Below are positions 47,553-58,414 of a stretch of 64,000 nucleotides of DNA, one piece after another; the stretch's first letter is position 1, and each line of letters starts with the position of its first letter. The notes under the pieces were generated by a model, which saw only the letters and a list, made by a program, of their open reading frames with translations, was not told the origin of the DNA and made no database searches. The DNA comes from Lepidodermella squamata. Its lineage: Eukaryota > Animalia > Gastrotricha. The position numbers and the translations under genes are program-made. The stretch lies in assembly GCA_047495785.1 (NCBI GenBank), contig JBLDXI010000103.1, positions 62,001 to 126,000 of the forward strand. The letters run 5' to 3'.

Positions 47553-47891
47553 ATGACTTGCATTCCACCGTCCGCTGAAGCCTATGAGCGATGTCGATTG
47601 TTGCATGTCGACTGCAACATATGTCCGCCATCAACAACGAGCTCGGTTACAACCTCAAACCCCTTGCCGCCTTCTCCAGCTGAGACGGGATTGTCTAAGC
47701 TGGAAATTGGTCTGATCTCAGCGGGGATCATTATCATTGTTATCATTGTTATCGTTGTTATCATTTCTGTCGTATATATTCGCCGTCGACGGCGTTATTC
47801 TCGGCTTGAGCAAAGCCTTCCGCTTTGCTTGTTCGCCTCTAACGAAGAGGCCGAGGGGAATGCCGAGGGGAATGCCGAAGTTACGGCATAA
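47553..47891 (+). CDS. Small Cys-rich single-pass membrane protein, subfamily A copy 2 (cargo)
   Basis: MTC...ERCRLLHVDCNIC, TM, RRRRRY, LCLFASNE...VTA; clear paralogue of 45456-45794. Confidence 0.8.
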   Translation: MTCIPPSAEAYERCRLLHVDCNICPPSTTSSVTTSNPLPPSPAETGLSKLEIGLISAGIIIIVIIVIVVIISVVYIRRRRRYSRLEQSLPLCLFASNEEAEGNAEGNAEVTA

Positions 47892-48090
47892 TATTATTCT
47901 TAGTTTATTACTTTGTATCTTGTATCTTGCCATATAATAAAGTATTGCCATAATATTATAATCTTGCCATATTACTTGCCATGTTATTTGCCGCAGTATA
48001 TAATGTTAATTTTATTATTTCATTCGGTATTAAATGATCTATCGATAAAATTCCTGCCTGTTTCCTTTTAGAAATTAAAAAATTATTATT

Positions 48091-48441
48091 ATGGCCGATT
48101 GTGTCCCGTTTAGCGAGGATGCTGTAATAAAATGCCGCCTTGAATTAAGTGCCAGCAGTTGTGTATTCTGCGACACGACTTCTACGACAGGCACCTCCAT
48201 TACTACTTCCACCACGCACGCTGGCGATACGCCGAAAACTGACGTTTTGATTATAGTTTCAGTTGTCCTATCGGTCATCGCCATTGTTGGTGTCGCTATT
48301 CTGGGATTCAAGTTCCAGAAGGTGATACGCTGGCTCCAAAATGTAATTAGCCGAAGTCGGCGAGGTTTGGAACGGCTGCACATATACCGACTTGACGGGC
48401 GTATAATTGACACAATCGAGCTACCTGAAGATAGCTTGTAG
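48091..48441 (+). CDS. Small Cys-rich single-pass membrane protein, subfamily B copy 2 (cargo)
   Basis: MADCVPFSEDAVIKCRLELSASSCVFC, Thr-rich stalk, TM VLIIVSVVLSVIAIVGVAILGF, basic amphipathic tail. Confidence 0.75.
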   Translation: MADCVPFSEDAVIKCRLELSASSCVFCDTTSTTGTSITTSTTHAGDTPKTDVLIIVSVVLSVIAIVGVAILGFKFQKVIRWLQNVISRSRRGLERLHIYRLDGRIIDTIELPEDSL

Positions 48442-48570
48442 AATTTTTTTAAATTATTCTGCTCATATCTGCATAATATTTCTTGATCATTCGATTCATT
48501 TAATGATACATCTTGGTTATTTCAAATGCTGTAGGAAAACCTTAAAATATTGGCGATTTAACTGATTATT

Positions 48571-51184
48571 ATGAGCCTTCCATCAACATCGGCTGCGACT
48601 AAGGTCGCTGATTTGGAAATCCCCGTGTTTCCCAATGATAAATTAAAGAAACCGATTCGGCGAGTAAAAACAGCTTGGGTCGATGAGGAGAAGCGAATGA
48701 GAAATTCTGGAGAATCATACGTGAGGAGGGAAATTGTTGCTAAAGACCGAGATACTGGCGAGCTGCGAAAGAAACGAAAGTTATCTGTCGTTCGGAAACG
48801 CGAGGGCAAGCGGCTGTTGAACTGCTGCAAAGAAAAGCGATGTTGGGAAAAATACACGGACGTGAAAATAGCAGAACTGAGTCAACAGTTTAGGTCGACT
48901 GGGTCCATCTTTGACCAACGTCAGTTTGTTGGGAGATTTGTCTCAAAGGATTTTGTCAAGTTTCGAAGTAGAATTACCTACACACTACCTGCAATTTATG
49001 CTACGGAGAAATTCCGAGGGAAAGCGGCAAAAATTCAGCGGATTACTGTTTGTCGCAGGTTTTTCGAGTCTGCCTTGGATGTTACGAATCGCTTTGTGTC
49101 TTACACTTTGGAGAACAAGCTTAGTCCCGACCAGTTGACTGTTTATCCGGACTTTCGGCGTGCGAAGAAAGAAGGGGGCAGAAATACCTTGAACGAGTTG
49201 ACGAGAAATTCTGTTATCAATTTTGTGAAACCGCGCTTAAAAGCGTAAGTTTCTGGCAAGTTCTATTATGAAAATGTAAATGATTGGTTATTTTTTTCAT
49301 AAATATAATACAGAAAACTAAGCCATTATCGAAGAAAAATTTCAAAGAGATTTTACGTATCAACAAGCATTACAATTGGAAGTCTCTACAGCGACTGGGT
49401 GGCTAACATACGGTCTGCACCTCAGCTTGGCGTTCGCCGATGCAATTTTGAGTCATTCCGTACGCTATTCCGTACCCATTTCAGGTGAGTGCATAATATA
49501 TGCAACTTGCCGCCGTTTTCTGAAAGCATCATTTGCATTATTATAATATACAGATCTGTCTCGTTCCAACAACCCAGAAATGACAAGTGCAAAATAATGA
49601 AAAGATTTTGCACAAATTTCTGCTTTCTCGATTTTATATTTCATTTTCTTAGGTATGCGCACGGTGGAATAACATGACGGATGCGCAAAAAAATCGTAAT
49701 CGTGCCAAGCACCAGCAGCATCTCAATGAAAAGGACGCAAGCCGAGAATTTCGGCGTTTGCGGCGTGAAAGAGCGGAAGCATCAAGGCAGCCAGGTTTTG
49801 CTGGACGGAAAAGCGCAATAATTGAGGTGATGCTTTAATTTGACAATTCTTGATTTATGAACATCGTTTCATTCAAGGTTGATGCTCAGTCAAAATTGCG
49901 CACTCCTTGCTGCGCTTTTCCCTACAAGCGGAAGCTGATAACAACCAATTTTACGATTTTTGACCTCACTGAGCGGACCACATTCAATTACTTGTTTGAA
50001 GAATTTAATGGTAGAAATTTGTTGGAAAAAATAATTCTTTTTGTCTTGAAACTGGCCAACTTTTATCTTTTCAGGATCTCTGGGTGCCGCTGAAATTGGG
50101 TCTATTCTGCACGATTATATTAAGAAGCATCTCGCTGACGATATTGTGGAATTGACAATTGTCTCCGATTCGACAGTTGGAGCTGGAAAGAATCGGTTAG
50201 TTTAATTATTGATGAAGATTTTTTTGTATCATTAATCAGGTTTTTATTGTTTAGCTTCATTCCCAACGCAATTTATCATACGCTCAGAAAAGTCAACTTC
50301 GAGCGTGTTCAACAAGGCAAGGAAAGGCTACGCTTTGTTGATTGGCTCTTTCTAGTTCCTGGTATGTTTTTAGTCGATGGGAAACTACCGACAATTTTGA
50401 ACTATTTATGGCGTTTCAGGACACACTACAATGACAGTCGACGCAATGCATAGCTGCATAGAAAAGTCCCAGAGAAGATTTGGCTCCGTTACCGACCCTG
50501 CTGAGTGGCGCGAAATTATCAAAAGTGCTCGACAAGGAAATGAAAAGGAGAAATTTCAAGTCGTGGAACTTGACTGGAGCTTCTTCTCTGATTTTCGCCG
50601 AAAGCCCAATTATTGGACAACTCTACAAAACAGCAGCAAATTTCGCATTACCGAATATCAATTTTATCGGTTCAAGATTAAAATCGGAGAGCATGAACTG
50701 TGGGCCAGAAAAAGCTATGTCGATATAGCTACAGATGGCACAGGCCCGCTAACTCCAGACCAGCGAATGCTGACAGACAAGGATGAGGACGAAAAGATAC
50801 GTTTTGATGTACACCTCACTCCTGTGAAGAATAAAGGTCCATTTGGTTATGATAACGGTAGGTAGATAATAATAACTTGCCTTCTCTGCTCGTTATTTTA
50901 TTTGTTATTTTATCATGACTGCTGAACCTGAAAAAGTGTACACTGGGCCGCGAAACCTCACGTTTGATAAAAAGATGGATTTGCTGTCTTGGATTGCGGA
51001 TGGTGTTATTCCACCGCGAATGCTTGATTACTTCAAGGCTCTACCATGTGACATTTCTTCAGAGGAGAAACGCCGGGCATATGAAAATCGGCTAGCCCTG
51101 ATTCGAGAAAAATATAAAGACAACGAATGGACAGCCGATGACGTGGATATGGCAGACGAAGAAGAGCTTGTCGACAGGCTTTGA
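48571..51184 (+). CDS. Sola1-type DDD transposase, intron-containing, probably inactivated
   Basis: Spliced motifs: VCRRFFESAL, SHYRR, NDKCK|VC, IIE|VDAQ..L.TP...YKRKL...NFTIFD, GAAEIGSILHDY, LTIVSDSTVGAGKNR, FLVP|GHTTMTVDAMHSCIE. The expected donor at 49594 reads ataatg instead of gtaatg. Confidence 0.85.
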
Positions 51185-51579
51185 ATTTTGGTATTGGTGT
51201 TATCCTCGTATTATATATAATATATAGTTTTACCTCTTGTTTTAATGGTTTCAATTATATTATTATTATTATTATTGTGCAGAAATTGAAATAAATTATT
51301 TGTTGTGTTTTAATGAAAACATGCGTTCATTAAATGCGTTGTTGTTGTTGTGTCTTTGAGCGGCTTCTGGTCAACGATGATAAACGGTGAAGAAAATCTT
51401 AGATAGCAGGCACTTGAGAACAACATTTTCAGGGGAATTTTATTATTCTTCTCGTATTTTACGTCAAGTCTCAATAAATTTTTAGTTATCGGAGCTACCT
51501 GTTACGCACAATGCAACGCAAAATAACAACGAATTTCCATAAAAGTTATGTCGCCTGCCCGCCCATGCTTTAATAAGCG

Positions 51580-51826
51580 CATCATGCACAACAACATACA
51601 TATGCGCACACTAATAATAATAATAGTACGCCGACTGAAAAACCGCTCAAACAGCTTTAACGTGGCACTGAACGCTCGAAGTGCTTCGAATTATATATAT
51701 TCTTGCTCATCGCATCAAGGCGGTCAGTATGACACCGGTTTCGAGGCAAAATTCGTCAAAATAAGAAAATTTATTTTCCAATGTGCGTATATCATGGTTA
51801 AGCTACATTACTGCACGGCGCCGACG
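51580..51826 (-). repeat. Right terminal inverted repeat of the Sola1 element
   Basis: Reverse complement of 33052-33305, followed by the ATTT TSD at 51827-51830. Confidence 0.9.
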
Positions 51827-53585
51827 ATTTGTAGATCCGAGTGAAATTGGAACTGGACCAAGCGATGCCGACTATTTTTTCAGTTCCGTTTGAGTTACAG
51901 ACGATCAAATAGCCCACTGAATTAGAATCAGATGAACCGTAAAATGAGGTGCAATCGGATCCAAAATTAATTTTCATCGAAACTTCCTGATACTTATCGA
52001 TCAAGCTCCAGAATACTTTGAAGCGTTGCGCAAAAAAAACAATTTTCAACTACCTTCAGGTATTCAGGTAGTAACCAGTAACTGTTAAATTTCGGCACCC
52101 ATCGACATCAGCTGGCCCTCCTTCGAGTTTTCTTTCGTTCAAAACAGCCAAAAAGGAATGGAATATCTGAATCGAACTACTGATCGAATCTTACTAGTGG
52201 TTCCACCATGAATTTGAGATAGGACAAACGGCGCTTGTCCGAAATCGCTGCCGAGACGCCAGTCCTTTCAGCTGATTAAACCGGACCGAATCCAAGTTAT
52301 AGCAAGTTTAAGAAATTGAGCTGGTTACTCAAAATCACGTAACTTTTTTATAACTAAGTGAGTTTTGGGCTCCATTGAGCTCTAAAAAGTCCCTATTTCA
52401 ACTGGGCCAGCTGTAAAATTACCCAGATAGTCATGAATCTCACGAAAAAGGTCATTTTTCGCCACAATTTGTGGCAGAAGAGACTTGCGCAAGCATACTA
52501 CGGATAACAAGCTATAGCTTTTTCACTTGCTTGCGAGCTTGCTACGTGTTGTCCTAGGCTTTATTTCATGCCAAAGTTGTCGAATTAATTTTTGAAGTTG
52601 ACTTCTAACCCTCTGAGTGTAAAATGATCTATCTGCTCTTCATCACTGGACTGAGGTCTCGCTTTTTTGGCTAATATTGGGAGGGGGTGTGCCTATATGG
52701 TATACCTTCTCCTTATCTCATCATCGTGTCGCAATGGGGCATATATCTATGTCCCAAATTATTGCCAGAGATGCCTGGAGCATGCCGGGATAGTGATCTG
52801 TCAATTTTTTAGGGTTTGGGAGCGTCCAGAGTTTGCCTTTGATTTGTACGAAAACTAGAATTTAAATTTTTGATCTTTAATTTTTAAATTTTAAATTTTA
52901 AATTTTATTTCCTTTGCAGACGCTTACTCTCTGCCTTCTTGCCCCCTCACTTCAAAACGCATCAAAACAAGTCTGGTCCACAACTTTCTGGAAATCGACG
53001 CCATGTTCGACCGATACACGAATAACACGAGACCTGTTGACTATGAAAATCGTTTTTCCTGCCAGGACAACCTACTGTGATGACACTTGACGAATCTGAG
53101 AAAGCTCTGATAGATCCTACGTCTCAAGTTGTACTTCTATGGGTTTCTATGAAGTTTCCTTGGCCAAAATAATGCAGTCTTAACTGGTTGAAAAATGAAT
53201 TGAACGATAATATTGAAATATTTCGATTCGGACATTGGATAACTTGTTATTCTTCGAATTAATTTAAATTCTCCTACAAAGAGATGGATTTTATCCAGAC
53301 TTTTGTCATCTGTAGCTTTGCATTGCCAAAGCCAGCTGATTACCACCGCCAGGCTCACCGCCAGGCTCACCGGCCGCCGTCTTTCACGGTTTCCTCTAAA
53401 CAGATAATTTCACGTAACTTATCAGACTACTTATCAAACTAATATTATCTACGTTCCTGCTCGCAACATTGCATCCGAGTGCTCGATAAGATAGCAGAAA
53501 ATAAAATGGAAATGTGTATTCTGTCCGTCAAGGCAGTTTTGATTTTTTTCTGCTCTTAAAGACTGACATTTTTTGCACGGGTACA

Positions 53586-56169
53586 ATGTTCCAGAGGTTT
53601 CAATCCTTCTCTGAGTTCAACAAAATCAATTGCTTGGGTAGCGGCGCCTTCGGATCGGTTTGGCACTGCAAAACTGACAAAGATGTTGCTGCTGACTATG
53701 CCGTAAAGGTCGTCAATCTGAGCGCGATTGAACGGAACTATGACAAAAATCCAGCGATGGCTAGGAAACTAGTCAATTTGGCCTGTAGTGAGGTTGTTTG
53801 TTCGTAATCTGTAAAAAGACGGCGGAATTATTGATTCTTTACCCCAGCATGCCAAACTCCACAATTTAAGACACGTAAACATAGTCGCGGTTTACGGCGC
53901 GTTTGAAGGTTAGACGCAGACTCGGAGCACTGTTAAAATACACAAGTTTTTCTTTAATACTTCCAGAAAATTTGCATGAAATTGACGATACGAACCAGGG
54001 TAAGAACAAATGGCAACAGGATGATAAGATGTACTACCTCCTCATGGAGTTTTGCCCTGGCGGAGATTTGGCAGACTACATTAAACAAACCAAACAAAAC
54101 AATGGAACCATTGGAGAACAAATGCTACGGCATTGGGCTCGCCAATTAGTATCGGCCATACGCTGCCTGCATGATTGCGGAGCGCTTCATCGGGATATCA
54201 AGCCAAAAAACATATTCTTATGTGACGATGGGAGGACTGTCAAGTTGGGTGATTTCGGATTCACGAAAATCTATGATGGGTGAAACTTTCCTGCTTTGTG
54301 CCCACAATGACGGCTTAACCTATTAATTTACAGGTCGTCAAGCAGTACTACCTTTGGACTCGGAACGCCGCTCTACAACGCGCCCGAAATTTTTAAGGAA
54401 CGGAACTCACCTGCCAGTGATTGGTGGTCTCTTGGAGTCACGTTGTTCGAATTGGCTCATCTTCGCCTACCTGTAAGCTACTTTTTTTCTGGGATGGCTG
54501 TTGATTATAATTCTTATAGTTCGAAACAACTTACGATATTATCAAGTAAGTTTCAAGACATCATGCTCCTTCGGTATTTTCCAACGACTGCTGCGAATCG
54601 GACCAAGACATACGGTTCAACTTGTCGTATATATATTTTACCTCTCTCGAATCCAGGGACTCGACACAGCCGAAATTCGACAATGTCCGCTGTTCACAGG
54701 AGTTTCAGTACTTCGTGTCATCTATGCTACGAAAAGAGCGATCGAAACGAGCCACCGCAGAAGACTTACTGGCTAGCTCTTTCTTGACGCAAAACCCGCA
54801 TACCAGTAGAGGAAATGTATTCCCACCCACGAATGACAATACTGTAGTCAATTCTGAAGCAGCTTTGAAGGCAAGCTGATGTAATCTGTAATATCACTCT
54901 GTACTATTCATTATGTATTGTCCCTCACAGATGTTGCTTAAATATTCGAGGCAAGGGAACATGTTCCCAGAGATTGAGAAATTGCTGAGCGACAGTCGAT
55001 TAGATTTGGACGTGAATAGTAGGAACGAAGACGGATTCACGCCATTGATGATTGCAGCGCAAGAGGGATTCCATGGATTTATGAAGCCATTAGTACAAAA
55101 GTACGGGGCAAACGTTGAATCAGTAGACGATCAAGGCAGAACGGCATTGTTCATAGCCGCTAAAAACGGACACTTCAAAGTTGTGCAAGTCCTCGCCAAA
55201 GATTTGAAGGCGAATGTCGAAACAGCTGAGAACGGCGGCGCGACGTCCTTATACATCGCTGCTCAGAATGGTCACTTGGAAATCGTGAAGCTTCTCGCTG
55301 GAGACTTCAACGCCGATGTGAATGCAGCGATGAATGATGGTGCCACGCCGTTGTACATCGCTGCTCAGAACGGTCACTTGGAAATCGTGAAGCTTCTCGC
55401 TGGAGACTTCAAAGCTGATGTGAATGCAGCGATGAATGATGGTGCTACGCCGTTATGGATCGCTGCTCGGAATGGTCACTTGGAAATTGTGAAGCTTCTC
55501 GCTAGAGACTTCAACGCCGATGTAAATGCGGCGAGGAATAATGGTGCCACGCCGTTACACATCGCTGCTCAGAACGGTCACTTGGAAATCGTGAAGCTTC
55601 TCGCTGGAGACTTCAACGCCGATGTGAATGCAGCGGAGAATGATGGTGCCACGCCGTTGTACATCGCTGCTCAGAACGGTCACTTGGAAATCGTGAAGCT
55701 TCTCGCTGGAGACTTCAACGCCGATGTGAATGCGGCGAGGAATAATGGTGCTACGCCGTTACACATCGCTGCTCAGAATGGTCACTTGGAAATCGTGAAG
55801 CTTCTCGCTGGAGACTTCAACGCCGATGTGAATGCAGCGATGAATGATGGTGCCACGCCGTTGTACATCGCTGCTCAGAACGGTCACTTGGAAATCGTGA
55901 AGCTTCTCGCTGGAGACTTCAAAGCTGATGTGAATGCGGCGAGGAATGATGGTTCTACGCCTTTAATGATCGCTGCGTACAACGGTCACTCCTGTGTTTT
56001 AGAATTTTTATTGAAGTCGCCTGGTTTAAACGTAAACGCCCGAATGCCGTCAAACGGATGGACGGCTCTATCTGCAGCTACGAACTGCAAGGCAAATGTT
56101 GCGCCTGAATATAAGCATAGATCCATCGAGCTATTGCGGGCGGCTGTATCTGTGCATCCTGGAAGGTAG
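53586..56169 (+). CDS. Ser/Thr kinase (NEK-like) fused to an ankyrin array
   Basis: Spliced exons give GSGAFG, YAVK, HVNIV, MEFCPGGDL, HRDIKPKNIFL, DFG, GTPLYNAPE, SDWWSLG; a GC-AG intron (54871-54930) leads into about 11 ankyrin repeats. Confidence 0.85.
55233..55990 (+). repeat. 102-bp near-identical coding tandem repeats (34-aa ankyrin units)
   Basis: GATPL[Y/H/W]IAAQNGHLEIVKLLAGDF[N/K]ADVNAA[M/R/E]N[D/N] repeated about 7 times with very high DNA identity. Confidence 0.95.
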
Positions 56170-57329
56170 ACGAGATATCCCAATGTCACATAATGTTTAT
56201 TATAATTACGATCTAAAAACGTCTAAAATTTTACTCGGCTGCTGTTTCGCACCTAATGGCTTACGCAATTGCTTGTCACGCTCAGCTTTTAGCGGTTGCT
56301 TTGCAAAATATTTTAGCAAATGTTAATCTTCAATCTTGCTGGACGCGTGCTGAACAAAAACTTATCAGTTTAGTGTTTTGATCACGTGAGCACGTGTGAC
56401 CCTTGACCTGCAAAATGGAAGTATAATCCCCTAATACCCCCTAGTTCGAGGTCCTACTTCGCGCACTGCTGTGTACTTATTAGCCATTTTCTTTAGAGTA
56501 AATATGACCGTAAATAAAAGCGATAGTGTAACTCTTGTTACGTTTGATACATTTTTGTGGCGTTACATATACATTACGTCTTCTAGCGTACTTGGTCAAA
56601 ACCAGGCGCTTTATCTAGGGTTTTTCCTGGTCGTCTAAGGTGTCTAAGGTACTTTTTCATGACATTTTCACCGCTACCTTGCGTCGTCTTGAATTTTCGA
56701 TTTTCCCGATGATAAGTGACATTTATTACTCATTCACAGTACGGTGAGTTTCGATCTGTGCCGTGGTAACACCCACTCAATGTCGGGTCCATGAGGCGTC
56801 CCCGGATCTGTCCCGGACCCGAAACGAAAAACCGACCCGGGTAAAACCTGAACCGGGGACAACTTCGCACTTCATTACGTCATACAAGAACTCACGCAGC
56901 TTAGTTTCCAAAGAATCGTACGAAAAAAAGGTTGGCCATCGCGAGCCTATGTTTATGAACTTCTGAAATTATTATTGCTTTCGATATCCAACGATCGCTC
57001 AACGCTGAAAATGTTAGGCACATATATTATTAAACGAGTTCTTTCATGACTTGAGATCCAGATTTTAGTTTCTGGAGCTGCCGTTGTTTTCATTGTAATT
57101 AAACGAATTTTCAATGCGGCTCTGTAAGGAACCGAGTATTCACTTTGAAATAATTGTACAACCGGGTTTTCTTCATTGAAAATTCAGCGTCATACTCAAT
57201 ACCTAATAAATGAAATCGTTACGTCGTTTATTCACTTCACCGCGACAAAAAAACTGATGAAAGTATAAATGAAAAAGTTATTCGAAATAGGGATCCTAAC
57301 GCTGTTATCGGACGTATTGCCGTGGCAGA

Positions 57330-58065
57330 GGCACATTTTCAGGCCCGCCTAAGTTTCCTCCACGCGCGCGCTCCTATTGGCTGGCGTTTTGTGCGCATGA
57401 TTGCGCAACACGTGTGAGCGCGCGCACAACGCGAACAAACAAAATCTCGAATTATTCCCCAATTTATTTTTGTAATTAATTTTGTCCACGATCGTGATAG
57501 CACATTGGACAGAGCAGTAAAAACTGAATATTCTTATCTAAAATTCGTATGGAATAGATTGTTTGAAATTGAAATTTAATGAATCGTTAGGACTTACAGA
57601 ATTGCGCGCGCACAAGTTAAAGTCGTGCCCGCACTTGATTTTTAGTATTTAAAAACCGCGCGCAGAAATTACAAAGGCTAACTTTCGAATTTACCGGCGG
57701 TTTTTATATCAGAATGAAATTCATTAAATTTGAAATCGATTGAATATGGTGTTCTCGCTCGAAAAATGTAAAGTAAAAATTTTTTACGTGTGATGAAAAT
57801 TTGTCGTCTGAATTTTCGTTAACGCGCGCGCTCAAAAGTTACTAGTGCGTGCGCGCGTTATTTTAAATGCACGTAAAAATTTTTGCTTTACATTTTTCGA
57901 GCGAGAACACCATATTCAATCGATTTCAAATTTAACGAATTTCATTCTGATATAAAAACCGCCGGTAAATTCGAAATTTATCCTTTATCATTCATTGAGA
58001 GTGTGGCCGACCAATCAGAGTGCGCGCGTGGAGGAAACTTAGGCGGGCCTGAAAATGTGCGTGGC
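57330..58065. mobile_element. Foldback/MITE-like element with nested inverted repeats
   Basis: Outer IR gcacattttcaggcccgcctaagtttcctccacgcgcgc vs gcgcgcgtggaggaaacttaggcgggcctgaaaatgtgc; inner ~105 bp IR 57684-57790 vs 57868-57975. Confidence 0.75.
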
Positions 58066-58414
58066 AGAGCGCAAGGCCTATCATCGCAGCCTCCTCTCGC
58101 GGTGATAATGCTATCGCACGAAGGAACATTGGCGCCGGTGGAACGTAGAAACAGGTTATAATGGCCAACTTCCTGAAATAAGATATAAACGACAGCAAAT
58201 GGAGATAGAGAGTGAATTCATGCTGAAATGCTAATTAATTGCTTCAAAAAGACCAGCCGAAGTAATAGTCCTATAATACATCACTTTTCGGTTGCGGAGC
58301 TGAAATAGTTTCCAAGTTTGACAAGCTACTTTTTCGCGATTTTGACTTTACAACAACGGTATTGATAGTCAAAGCGGTTAAATCGAAAGAAGCCCCGTGA
58401 CTGTCACAATTGCA

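Larger units (their letters stand above)
33052..51826. mobile_element. Giant (18,775 bp) cargo-carrying Sola1-type DNA transposon
   Basis: ATTT|CGTCGGCGCCGTGCAGTAATGTAGCTTAACCATG... and ...CATGGTTAAGCTACATTACTGCACGGCGCCGACG|ATTT. The TIRs are ~250 bp and imperfect, with the first 34 nt identical; the 4-bp TSD is of the AWWT type; a Sola1-like transposase lies at 48571-51184. Confidence 0.9.

Noticed and set aside
33052-51826. Endogenous virus, Polinton/Maverick or Helitron
   Set aside because: No polymerase, capsid, packaging ATPase, integrase or Rep/helicase; the termini, 4-bp TSD and transposase motifs fit Sola1.
52920-53080. Possible orphan terminal exon on the plus strand
   Set aside because: It has an acceptor and a short open frame but no recognisable domain or linked exons.
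55233-55990. Non-coding repeat array or CRISPR
   Set aside because: The 102-bp units are in-frame ankyrin repeats.
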